Source: Felis catus (Eukaryota). From it: a stretch of DNA of 64,000 nt. The DNA lies in NCBI RefSeq assembly GCF_018350175.1, contig NC_058368.1, positions 156,118,001-156,182,000 on the forward strand, read 5' to 3'. Under the pieces are notes generated by a model. The model was not told the origin of the DNA. It was given only the letters and a program-made list of their open reading frames with translations, and did no database searches. Shown in pieces: positions 52,206 through 64,000 of the stretch. Position 1 is the first letter of the stretch. Each line of letters begins with the position of its first letter. Both the position numbers and the translations under genes were made by a program.

Positions 52206-52390
52206 CAACAAACTGGTTCATGGTTACCTTTATTACTCCCTTTGTTTCTTCATGGCCCATTCTAGTTCTAATTTATACTAATACCTCTTAAATGTAGTTG
52301 TTTGCTAAGAAGTCTTTGCCTATTGACTGATGAGTCTACACACTCTCCCTTCTTTGCTCTGAAGGATGTACTGATCCTCCCTCTCTAGAT

Positions 52391-52604
52391 CAGGGTGTTT
52401 CAACTTTGGCACTAATGACTTTGGGCTGTATAGTTTTTTGTTGTGATGAGTGTCCTATGAATTATAAGATATTATAGCAGCGTCTCTGACCTATGCCCAC
52501 TAGATGCCAAGTAACATTCTCCTCAGCTGTGAGAACTAAAAATGTCTCCAAGCATTGCCAAATGTCCCCACGAGGGCAAAACCTTTCCTTGTTGAGAGCC
52601 ACTC
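52391..52604. mobile_element. MER20-like hAT-Charlie MITE
   Basis: cagggtgtttcaactttggcact...cccactagatgcca...aaaaatgtctcca..cattgccaaatgtcccc...gttgagagccact; 8-bp TSD ctctagat/ttctggat. Confidence 0.85.
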
Positions 52605-55046
52605 TTCTGGATGACTCTAGAATCTTTAGTCTTGGTCTTTCTCCAGGGTAGCAGTCCTACTACTTCAGCTCCCTGTTTTCCTCCTGAACTAGCTTGGCCT
52701 TGCTGACTCTCCCTCCCCACCTCCCTCTGTCCCTTCTTTTCTTTTGTCTTTTAAAATCTTTTAAATAGTAACCATGTTGATAAATCCTCCTACCCTTCAT
52801 CTGACATACAGCTTCGCCTCACTGTAACCATGCCTACCGACCTATTAAAGCCCTTCCTTATAAATGGTAGTTGCACTACTGCAGTATTCTCCTAACTCAT
52901 CTCTCTGTACAAGACTATCCCCAGCCTCTCTCCTGTGTTGTGAAGCCAGATTCACATACTGTAAAATTTGTTATCTAATTTCTCTGCCACAATTGTTTTA
53001 GCTGTTTTCCACTGATCAGTCTTCAGAGTGTTGCTGTCAAAACACTCCACAGTCCAGCCTCCGCTAGTTTCTGTAAACCTTATCTTTATTTTATCCTCAT
53101 TGCTTTTAAACTTATGAATATCTCATTACTGTCACATGGGTTGCCCTTTCTCTCCATGAGTCGTCCATCTTCTTCAACTCTTGGTTCAAAGTCCTCTCCT
53201 CCTATAAATTTATTTGAACATACCATCTATATAACCACTTCGGTAATTAGGTCCATAATGTGCCATTCTGTCATCTTTTATATTATCATCTATTATTGTT
53301 TATGTTTTTTGTCTTGATGAGTTATCTTTACAACTAAACAAAAATCTCCTCAAGAGCATATAAAAGAACCTCATCGGTCCTTGGCTATCCTACAAAGCCA
53401 GACACAGTCTTTTAATCCACTAAATACATGACTGAATTTGATAATTGGAACCAAGTGACAAGTCAAAAGAAGGTAGCTTTGCGTTCTTCCATGAAACATC
53501 CTTTCTGTTTTTACTAAACAAAAAGAATAAAACAATGTGAGATAATTTTCAAGATACTTGTGACATTTAAAGAAGTCATTCTGCTCTAAAAAAGTACGAA
53601 GCTTTTGGAAAACATAAGTCTAGTCTAGTGACTCCACAGAAACTCAGGACAACTTAAGAATCATGTTAAAAATGCGCTGGAATAGTCTTTGTAAGTTTGT
53701 AAAATTGGGCCCAACATATATTTGAAAGATCTCATAAGACTATTGTATTAAATAAAATACTAAATGAGAAAACACCTAGTTTAGTACTTGTAAAATATAG
53801 TTCTTTGATAAAATGCTATCCTTTATCAAATGAATATGCTTAGATGAAGCTTAAAATATAGGTAAAGCAAATTAAGAAACTCGTCTGTGACCACTCTTCT
53901 CTGTGTTCTTAAAATATTTTAAATGTTTCGTTGTTCGTTATGTGTTTGTACCATGCACTCCCTATTCTATTCTGAGGTATTTGACTTAAAAGATTATATC
54001 TTATGTTCTGTTTATTCAAAAGAGGATTTAACTGCTGATACCAAGGAAACATTTGACAATCTAAGTAGATATCAGGTAAATATTATCAATTCTCTTCACA
54101 CCTGCACTTCTACTGATACTTTAGAGATTTTGAGGACTCCAAGTATTCAGATTCTCACTACTTCATTAAAGCTTACAGCAAATTCCAATCAGAACCTTTA
54201 GGTTGATGTCAGATTAATCAATTTGTTCTACTAATCACAGAAACTCTGAGTCTGTGGTGATATTAACAACACACCAGGGAGGGATCTTTTAAGAATGCCA
54301 AACACTCATTTTTCTGTCCTTATTTAAATGTTTTGACTTCTATCTAAGCCATATATATATTACATTTTGGAAGGGCCATCCCAATTTCAGAGCTGATAAG
54401 GTATGAAAAAAAAAAATGTATGCCTTAGAATGAATGCAATGTGATATGAATATTTACATATTTATCATTTTTTTCTTCCTAGACATGTACTAGTGGCTGT
54501 AATAACATATTATGTAGATTATAAAACACACTGAAAGGAAATTTACAATGAATGAAGTAAAGACAAAATAACATCTTAAAGTTATTTAAAAAACTTTACT
54601 TATTAATGGTATAAAATGTCAATAATAATTTACTGAGTGAGGATAATGTGATTTAATATGCTTTGTAATTTTTAAAATCTGGGTTTAACACTTGAATACA
54701 ATGATTGAAAGGGCAGGTTTTATATTCAGTTTGTGTCAGAACTTGGTTTTAATAGCTGTCATAGGTGAAAAAGCTAGTACATGAACATACATAGATCCAC
54801 ATGGGAACAAGTATATCGATAACTGTGCTTATGAAATCATGGCACTTGTTGTTCAATCTGAAGCACCAAATAGGCCAAGGCTGTTGTTGAAATTTGTCTA
54901 GTAAATATTCATTATCCATGATGTCATTCAGTTGTTCTAGCAAACAAAATGAAAAATAAATTTTGTATTTTTAAGAAAAATATTCAGGAATCATTGAAAC
55001 CTTTATTTGGAATATTATAAATTATGTTAGAAAATATTATTTCTAA

Positions 55047-55290
55047 GGGACACCTAGGTGGCTCAGTCAGTTAAGTAGCCAACTCTTGATTTTTGGTCAT
55101 GATCTCACAGTTCATGAGTTCGAGCCCGGCATTGGGCTCTGCACTGGCAGTGCAAAGCCTGGTTGTGATTCTCTCAATCACTCTTTCTCTCTCCTCTTCC
55201 CTCTCTCTTTTTTCTCTCTCTCCTCCCTCTCCCTCTCTCTCTGACCATCCCCTGCTCATACTCTCTCTCTCAGAATAAACATTAAAAAAA
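55047..55290 (+). mobile_element. Can-SINE
   Basis: TSD attatttctaag. Confidence 0.9.
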
Positions 55291-55582
55291 ATTATTTCTA
55301 AGTTCTTAAGTATGTAGATAGGATATTTTTATTGGTGATACTGGTTTTTCTAAAATGAATATTTCTGGATTTTATAAAATAAACTATCTTAAGAACTTCT
55401 TTATAGGATTTTGTGTATTTCTGCGTTTGGTTTCTTTCTCCACAACCTGCATGTGAATGGTGCCATGAATACATTTTTCTAGCAATGTTACCTCTGTTTC
55501 CTCTCCAGAACCCATTCAGTTAAAATAATTACTCCAACAGTTTTCCCATCAAGCATTCTTTTTATTTAAAAAGTAACTTACT

Positions 55583-55703
55583 GGGGCACCTTGCTGGCTC
55601 AATGTGACTCTTAATCTTGACATTGTAAATTTGAGCCCCCTGTTGTGTATAGAGATTACTTAAGAATAAAATCTTAAAAAATATAAATTAAAATAAAATA
55701 AAT
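55583..55703 (+). mobile_element. Short, old Can-SINE
   Basis: ggggcacc..gctggctca...tagagattacttaa; TSD aaaaagtaa(c/t)ttact. Confidence 0.85.
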
Positions 55704-57203
55704 AAAAAGTAATTTACTGCTATGAAAATTTTTCTGGTATATCTTTTATTTATTTGTTGTCAAAGAAACAAAACAACTAGTTCTTTGTGTATTTGAACTT
55801 TGAAACATAACAAATACCTAAGCTGAGCTGTACCAGAAATATCTGAACTTTGATTCAACTCTTTAAATCTCCTACATTGTATAATTTATTTTAATGTTTA
55901 TTTCTTTAAATCTTCACTATTTTCTATGTAACAGTATTTGCTGACAAAGAAATAAAGAAATGCATTTTAATTTGTCACTACAGTGTTTTCTGTGTTCTGT
56001 CATTTTCACTGTTTCAGGAAAGACAAATGTTCCCTTACACTAGTAACTATTTGTCTTTTAATAAGTTAGAATCCTCAAAAAAAAAAAAAAAGACTCTAAA
56101 CATTTATCATTATTTAGACACCTTCTGTAAAGTACTGAATTAAATATCATTTGACTTAAAACGTTCCTGAAAAACAATTACAGAGGTTTGTCTTCATGTT
56201 TTGGATGCTGAGTTTTGAAACATTTTGCTGGCCATGATGATTTCCAACCATCTTTAGCTAGTATCTCAAGGCACAATACCTACTTAAGAGGAATTCTTGT
56301 TTAACAATAATATATGGGAAGTCATATTTCAAGTGGTTTTCCTATTTATTTCCTTTTGTAAATCCTCTTTTGACCAAATCTTATCAGATCATCATCATTT
56401 TGCCTTATAATATGGCTGAGTAAGAGTGCATGTTAGGAACAGAAATAAACGTGAACTTTTTCACTTTGTTATTGTTTGCTCTTCCTTGCATCAATATTAG
56501 TGTTAAACTGCAGTAGATCTGTTGATTTATAGGAATATGTCAAAGCCACTTGTGTGTTTTGTGGGGATTAATTTTGTTAAAAGTAGATTCTGAAATATAA
56601 AGGACAAACTTAATTCAGTACTGCACCCTGAAAGCTGAAGAAGTGCTTTAGCACTGTCCATCACCTCCCCACCAACACCAAACTCAGCACATGACTGTCT
56701 CACTCACAGACCAAGGAAGAGTTACAGTTACAATCTCCATATGAAATTTTAGTAGAGTTTCATTTCTTTCTTTCTTGTTATACACCAAAGGATTGTCTTG
56801 TACATTCCCTGAGGTGTTTGCACCCATTTGGAACCAATTTTACTAGTCTTCAAGCACCAAGAGGAGGTATTTTCTTTATAGTTTATCTCTAGCCTCAACT
56901 GAGATGCTTGATATGTAGTAGTAGCTCACTTAGTAAATATTTATTGGATGAATAAGTGACTTAATGTCTGGCCTGTAAATAAAATCTGTCTTGTATACTG
57001 TAGGGATAATAAAGGTTGAGCACTGTCAGTCTAAAAGAGGGCAGAGATGGAGAATCATGGTATTTTCGTATTGTCATATCCACCTGGAATGCACAAAATG
57101 GTTTATAAAGTTACTTTCCTCCACCATTTTCTTGTATATATTTATGTGATTTGGAATGTTCTACTTCTACTCTTCTACTCTTAGTAGTAGTAGTGATAGT
57201 TTT

Positions 57204-57605
57204 TTTTTTTAATTTAACTTTTTATTTTTTAAAATCTGCATCCAAATTAGTTAGCATATAGTGCAACAATGATTTCAGGAGTAGATTCCTTAGTGCCTCT
57301 TACCAATTTAGCCCACCCCCCCTCCCACACCTCCTCCAGTAACCCCCAGTTTGTTCTCCGTATTTATGAGTCTCATGTTTTGTCCCCCTCCCTGTGTATA
57401 TTATTTTTGTTTCCCTTCCCTTATGTTCATCTGTTTTGTCTCTTAAAGTCCTCATATGAGTGAACTCATATGATTTTTGTCTTTCTCTGACTAATTTCAC
57501 TTAGCATAATACCCTCCAGTTTCATCCACGTAGTTGCAAATGGCAAGATTTCATTCTTTTTGATCGCCGAGTAATATTCCATTCTGTATGTGTGTGTGTG
57601 TGTGC

Positions 57606-57654
<49 letters not shown>

Positions 57655-57988
57655 ACATTTTCTTTATTCATTCATCCATCAGTGGACATTTGGGCTCTTT
57701 CCATACTTTGGCTATTGTTGATAGTGCTGCTATAAACATGGGGGTGCATGTGTCCCTTCGAGACAGCACACCTGTATCCCGTGGATAAATGCCTAGTAGT
57801 GCAATTTCTGGGTCATAGGGTAGTTCTATTTTAGTTTTTTGAGGAACCTCCATACTGTTTTCCAGAGTGGCTGCACCAGCTTGCATTGCCACCAAGAATG
57901 CAAAAGAGATCCTCTTTCTCCGCATCCTTGCCAACATCTGTTGTTGCCTGAGTTGTTAATGTTAACCATTCTGACAGGTGTAAGGTGG
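57204..57988 (-). mobile_element. 5'-truncated felid L1 (ORF2 C-terminus, 3' UTR and poly(A)), with an internal (TG)n(TA)n tract
   Basis: ORF 57668-57937 contains [16 protein letters not shown]...CTPMFIAALSTIAKVWKEPKCP (L1 ORF2 C-terminus). TSD tagtgatagtttt at 57191-57203 and 57994-58006. Confidence 0.95.
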
Positions 57989-58607
57989 AGTCTTAGTGAT
58001 AGTTTTATGGAGAATATTATTTAGTAAGGAAAATCACAAAAACTGGTATCTACAAGTAAGCATTTTTTCTTGGAACCAGCGGTTCTTTGAAATGTTATGG
58101 AAGAGTTCCAGAACACCTGTAGAAGGCAAAACTGCTCATGAATACAATGACCTGAAAGTAACCAACAAAATAGTGCTACTCATACAACATGATATATTAA
58201 CTACAGATTATGCCTCCTGAATTGCTCAAAATCTATGAAATATCCAAAAGCTAGAATGAAGGAGAAATGGCAACCACTCAGACAAGGAAGAACTGAAGTA
58301 ATGAAAAGCTGACATTTTCCAATTTCAATTAAATGGCTTTACTAGATTCAAAGGCAGTTTAATAGGGCTTGGACAGAATTAAAGCATTACTATGAAAGGT
58401 CACAGATAGATAATTGATTTGAGTTTGTAATATAAGGTCGCTGGATAAGAGCCACATTAGTTAGGATCTCCTTAGAGAAGAATGAAAGAAGGCTAGTCTC
58501 TTCAATTGACTTAGTAGGTTCAGTTGGAGTATTTTACCATTGAAACTTTCCTCAAGTTAATGAAAAAATATTCTTTTATAGATTAATATAAAGGGAAAAG
58601 TTTTATT

Positions 58608-58824
58608 AAAAAAATTTTTTAATGTTTATTTATTTTTGACAGAGAGAAAGAGACAGAGCATGAGCGGGGGAAGGGTAGAGAGAGAGGGAGACCCAGAATC
58701 TGAAGCAGACTCCAGGCCCTGAGCTGTCAGCACAGAGCCCGAACGGGGGCTCAAACTCACAGACTGCGATACCATGACCTGAGCTGAAGCCAGACACTCA
58801 ACTGACTGAGCCACGCAGGCGCCC
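58608..58824 (-). mobile_element. SINEC_Fc
   Basis: TSD AAAAGTTTTATT at 58596-58607 and 58828-58839. Confidence 0.94.
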
Positions 58825-58855
58825 TCAAAAAGTTTTATTTTAAAAGTCTTAAGAA

Positions 58856-59068
58856 GGGGCGCCTGGGTGGCGCAGTCGGTTAAGCGTCCGACTTCAGCCA
58901 GGTCACGATCTCACGGTCCGTGAGTTCGAGCCCCACGTCAGGCTCTGGGCTGATGGCTCAGAGCCTGGAGCCTGTTTCCGATTCTGTGTCTCCCTCTCTC
59001 TCTGCCCCTCCCCCGTTCATGCTCTGTCTCTCTCTGTCCCAAAAATAAATAAACGTTGAAAAAAAAAA
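58856..59068 (+). mobile_element. Young SINEC_Fc
   Basis: CpG-rich; perfect 17-bp TSD TTAAAAGTCTTAAGAAG at 58840-58856 and 59069-59085. Confidence 0.96.
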
Positions 59069-59802
59069 TTAAAAGTCTTAAGAAGATTCATTCATATGTC
59101 TATATAATATACATAATAAAACATTACATGTTTTGTAATGCAGAAACACATAGGTACAAAGAAACCATTTAAGAAGACAGCACTTAATTAATAAAATAAA
59201 TCAATAATGTAACTCATGTTCTAAAATACACTTAATAGATGCACTGCCCCTAATAGGAACAATTCAGAACCATAGGTATTGGGGGAAATTACTCTGTCAA
59301 AAAACTATGTAGGTACTCAATGGAGTGCTATTTTTGACCTAAAGGCTACACAAGTAGGTCTGTTAACAAGAAAAAAGAAAGTAATAATTAGTGGTGGCAG
59401 AGGGAAAAACTTCAAGGAAAGAACATTAAACATCAGAGCAATATTCTTGAGAGTATGAATTTTAGATTACTCAACAGATTTGAGGTAAGTTAGTCACAAT
59501 CATCGACTAATGTGTGAATACTAACATGAACACAACATATCACAGAAAATTCTGAGCTCATAGTTAAATAAAGGAGATGACCATTTGAGTCATTTCCCTT
59601 TCTAGTTTCCTTAGTCAAAAGGCTCATAGTAAAAAAAAAAGAAAAAAAAATTTACAGGTCCCAAATACATAGAAATGGCGGGAAAAGGACTAACATAGTT
59701 TACAAATCTTATAATTTTTAGAATTTTACTTGATTTCATATCTTAGAAAATTGCCTCTTCAAGGATGGGTTCTTACAAAAAATAATAATAATAATAAGGT
59801 AC

Positions 59803-60027
59803 CTTTGCTTGATTCTTTCCTCTTAGTTTCTTTTGGAGTATAATTCCATTCCTTTGGAATGCTCTCACGCAAACGTTCAGGAACACTGTGCTTGTTTAGG
59901 TTGGGTCCACAGTTTCTCCCAGACCTCATCACAAATACTATCTGCTGTACAATGTCCTTGATAGCATCAGTCAGTGCCAATCTCAAGCATCGGATGACCT
60001 CTGGCTCGGACTCCATGCATGTTGAGA
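59803..60027 (-). CDS. KIAA0825: KIAA0825 internal coding exon (225 bp, phase 1-1): (V)STCMESEPEVIRCLRLALTDAIKD...PKETKRKESSK(G)
   Basis: Acceptor tttaaag|TC at 60028-60029 and donor AAAG|gtacct at 59801-59802. The frame is open and the peptide resembles my recollection of the mammalian KIAA0825 C-terminal third. The terminal G joins GC of the next exon. Confidence 0.9.
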
Positions 60028-60580
60028 CTTTAAAATCAGACAGCATATTATAGTTAGCAGAATCTGGCAATATTTTGTGCCTTATTTAATTGGGAATTCA
60101 GTTTCTCATTAGCTAGTTTAAAGCCATAGAAAAGAAGAGATGTTTTTAACCTTGAAATCACATAATTAATAAACAGTCCATAAAAATTAAAAAAAATTTC
60201 TTCTTAGTAATAAAGAAAATGGCAATTAAAATAACAGGGAATAACAGTATTTGCTTGTGGTCTGCAACTCTAATGGTGGAAATTGAAGTTGTATGATTTT
60301 CTTAGATGATAACTTGGCAATAATACCAAATCTTTAACATTTTGCTTACCTGTTAACTCATTTATTCCTTCTCTGGACCTTATATAAGAAATTAATTATA
60401 ATCAAGTAAAGGATATAAAGGAAAATTGAAAATAATCTTAATGTCCAATAATCATCAGTTATTTAAGTAGCTAAGATATATCCATCAACACAATAAAGCC
60501 ATATATTGTTTAGTAAAAAATAAAAATAAAGACATGTTAGGAAAACTATGACATGTTATTTTTATTACATACACACTATA

Positions 60581-60581
<1 letters not shown>

Positions 60582-60623
<42 letters not shown>
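60582..60623. repeat. (CA)n microsatellite
   Basis: Directly visible. Confidence 0.95.
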
Positions 60624-60625
<2 letters not shown>

Positions 60626-60951
60626 AAAGAATTAAAAGATGCATTCTCCAGGTTAATGGTGATTATCAATGCCTGATGGGATTTCAGGTATTTTCCTCCT
60701 CCTTCCCTCTTTCTTCTTTTACTTTTCCTTCTTTTCTATCTTCCCATCCTCCCTTCTTTTCTTCTTTCTGCTATCCTACCTTCTTTCTGATAATATAGAT
60801 TACCAACCATTAATATGTATTACTTGTGTGATAAATGCAATAAAATTTTATTATTTTTTTAATATGACAGGAAAGTCTTGGGATAACCACTTGAATCAAC
60901 ACAGAAACGTACCCATATGTTTTTTCCCCTCAAAATTTGAGGTGATATTTC

Positions 60952-61041
60952 TTTTTTTTCTTAATTTATTTAAATAATCTCTACATCCAACATGGGGCTC
61001 TAACTCATGACCTTGAGGTCAAAAGTTGCATGCTCTTCTGA
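60952..61041 (-). mobile_element. Short, old Can-SINE
   Basis: TSD aggt(g/a)atatttc. Confidence 0.8.
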
Positions 61042-61110
61042 CTGAGTCAGTCAGGCACTCCAAGGTAATATTTCCCAAGTGACTCAATCCATTATTAAAA
61101 CCAGCATGCT

Positions 61111-61345
61111 GGGGCACCTGGGTGGCCCAGTCAGTTAAGCGTCCAACTTTGCCTCAGGTCATGATCTCCTAGTTCATGAGTTTGAGCCCCACATGGGGCT
61201 CTGTGCTCACAGCTCAGAGCCGGGAGCCTGCTTCAGATTCTATGTCTCCCTCTCTCTCTCTCTGCCCTTCTCCACTCATGCTCTGTCTCTGTCTCTCAAA
61301 AAATAAATAAATTTAAAAAAAATTTTTAATGTTTAAAATAAAATC
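61111..61345 (+). mobile_element. SINEC_Fc
   Basis: Full head, body and tail. Confidence 0.92.
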
Positions 61346-61699
61346 AAGGTATTATAAATGATAGAGAAAATAACAGCCCTATCTCAAAGAATTATTTTAA
61401 AATTATATGAATTAATTTGTGTTAAGCAACTAGCACATGGTAGGCACTATGTGCACCATGTAAACCTATGTTATTATTATTTTACCTAAGAGGAATTTTC
61501 TGTAAAGTTTGCAATATTATAGTATAGGGTGCCCAGTGTTTTTTGATGCAGGGTTCTGCAACAAGTTGAGCATGGGATAGTATAGGGAGGATCAAGCAAT
61601 ATCCATAGATGCCTACAGTAGGGATAAGATACAGATGTAGCAAGAAGAGAAGGAAATATAGGAAGAGAGAGTAGAGAAGAAAAAAATAGTAAGTGACAA

Positions 61700-63600
61700 G
61701 CCCTTCTGGTTTCTGGCTCTGCATATAAAGAACTTAGAAGTTGCCTCTCTGTCCTACAACAAGTAAATAGCTGAACAGATGGAAAAATCAACAAGTCTTC
61801 TTGGATCTGTAGAGAGGTGGGGACATAAGGCAAACCACCGCCTCCAAGATTGGAGTGATGGACAGCAAATACAGGGAGTCACAGTTTACTGGAGTGGAGA
61901 CTCAGAAGCAGAACCTACCATGGGAACCAGTGCCAAAGTAGGAAGTCTGAACTGTAATTGATGAATTGCTGGAGGCTCAGTGTGGACAAGTCTGAGAGTT
62001 AAAATTCAATGGGAACCCTGTTATGTGGAGGCTGCCACACTTTTGTGAGTTTTAAATCTGTGAGTTCAACTAGGTGCCCATAGTAAATGTCAGAGAAAAA
62101 TCCCCAAGAGCTTCCAGCAAGGGAAAAGGAAAAGGAACATTTTGAAATAAGTCAGAGCACTCTGTTCTTCTTCAGGGTTGCCCTCAGGAGAAACTACTAA
62201 AATAGAGCCTAACCCACTGGGGTATTATCAGAGTCTAACTGAACTAGAAGAAGGGAAATACCCAATTCCAGCCCACTCTAGCTATACTCTCCTACATAGA
62301 ATGGGAGAAAAAAACTGAGAAACACTTATGAAGTACATCATCCAGAGGCACAGGTCCACTAAAAGACCTAATCATAGCACCATAGAATGCTTCCCATCCC
62401 TCCCCCACTTTTCCACCACATCACTAAAACCCTCTTTACAGCAGTTTCTTTTACCCAGTACATCATGTCCAACTTCCAAGAAAAATTACAAGACATACTA
62501 AAAGGCAAAGAACACAGTTTTGAAAGGAGAAAACATCAGAAATAGACATGGAAATCAGAATTACCAGACCAGGAATTAAAATAACTTTGATTACTTTGCT
62601 AAGGGCTCTAATGTATAAAGTAGACAGCATGCAAGAGCAAATGGGCTATGTAAATAGAGAAATGGAAATCTTGAGAAAGAACCAAAAAGAAATACTAGAC
62701 ATCAAAAATACTGTAACAAAAATGAAGAATGCCTGTCCTGGGCTTATTAATAGACTGGACATAGCTGAGAAAAGAATTCTGAGCTTGAGGATATCTCAAT
62801 AGGAACCTCTAAAACTCAAAAGCAAAGAGATCAAAGTCTGAAAAAAAAAAGAAGAAGAACAGAATATCCAAGGACTGTGGGACAACTACAAAAGATGTAA
62901 TATGTGTAATGGGAATAGCAAAAGGAGAAGAAAAAGAAAGGATCAGAAGAAATATTTAAGACAATAATGACCGAGAAGTTCCCCTCAAATTACTATCAAA
63001 CACAAACCACAGATCCAGAAAGCTCAGAGAACACCAAGCAGAATAAATACTTAAAACTATACCTACACATATCATTTTCAAACTACAAAAAAACAAAGGC
63101 AAAGAAGTCCTGAAAAAAGCCAGAGGGAAAAAAAAAATTACCTTACCTACAGAGGAACAAAGGGACGAATTAACATCCAGCTTTTCAGAAACCATGCAAA
63201 CAAGAAGACAGTGGTGTGAAATATGTAGGAGTATCAAGGGGAAAAATAAAAAACAAACAAAAAAACCCAAACGACCTAGAATTCTATGCTCTGCAGAATT
63301 ATCCTTCACAACTGAAGGAGAAATAAAGACTTTCTCAGACAAACCAATATTGAAGACATTGGTTGCCAGTAGACCTGTCTTACAAGAAATGTTAAATGAA
63401 ATTCTTTAGAGTAAAAGGAAATAATACAAGAGTGAAAACTCAGATTTACATAAAGTAAAAAAAAAAAGACATAAAGAAGAAATAAGTGTTGGTAATATAA
63501 AAATTTTTTATTTTTCTTATTCATAATTGATCTAACAGATAAGTTTGTTCAAAATAATACCAACAAGTACTCACTTATGTATATATATCTTATACATAAC
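61700..63600 (+). mobile_element. Ancient L1 5' region (L1MD-like 5' UTR plus disrupted ORF1)
   Basis: ORFs 62548-62802 (coiled coil: VDSMQEQMG..NREMEILRKNQKEIL) and 63194-63409 (PRILCSAELSF..EGEIKTFSDK) are L1 ORF1p fragments. Confidence 0.85.
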
Positions 63601-64000
63601 TGTACAAAAGTGGAGTCCCTTGTGACCACTGTAAGGTCTCAGGTTCCAGAAAATATTCAAGACACAGAGGATATTTAATGCTTATGGAGAAACAATTTAT
63701 ACAAAGACCAAAGATATTGCACCAATCTGAAATTCTGATCCTTTAAAACACCCTACACAATTCAGGCTGTATTAATATGTGTAACACTTGTTTCAAGAGA
63801 CTTGTCTGACCTGGTGGAGAAGGGTTTGCTCAATGTGTATGTGAAGAGAAGACTAATGAGGAGAGAGTAGCAGTTTCACTTTCTCATGGCAGCACCTGAA
63901 GGCCATTGGTATCTTCAGTACAATGTTGTGCTAACTGACAAAATGGTTCAAGAACTTAAGTGTTGAAGGACAAATAGTGGTTGAAGCATGTGGGTCAACA

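Noticed and set aside
6319..58814. Recurrent ORFs with WVAQSV..PTSAQVMIS..SSPASGSVLTAQSLEPASDSVSPSLS-type peptides
   Set aside because: These are translations of Can-SINE copies, not a protein family.
5970..61345. tRNA-like A/B-box sequences
   Set aside because: All lie in SINE heads; I saw no intact cloverleaf tRNA gene.
63600..64000. Change of sequence character after the L1 fragment, possibly another repeat
   Set aside because: It is cut by the window end and has no diagnostic termini I could identify.

Overview
AT-rich mammalian genomic DNA, almost certainly from a cat (Felidae), judged from about 22 tRNA-derived carnivore SINEs with felid SINEC_Fc-type diagnostics and a cat-type L1 3' end. 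The only protein-coding content is five internal exons of KIAA0825 on the minus strand (59803-60027, 50860-51268, 46412-46571, 42161-42319, 40290-40384). They have canonical GT-AG sites, phases that chain correctly, and splice into one open frame. No terminal exon was found, so 1-40289 is part of a very long last intron. The rest is interspersed repeats (SINEC, L1, L2, MIR, solo LTRs, hAT-Charlie MITEs, one Tigger-like element) separated by repeat-free blocks that look like conserved non-coding DNA. The best leads are: a TA-flanked Tigger-like DNA transposon nested in a carnivore L1 inside a four-level TE stack; tandem same-strand CTCF motifs; MEIS/PBX-HOX composite sites; a CpG-dense palindrome with inverted HRE cores; a 97-bp multibranch stem-loop; and a head-to-head inverted SINE pair 31 bp apart. 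I see no evidence of a new multi-gene system. All repeat family names come from recognition, not a database search, and boundaries of old repeats are approximate.
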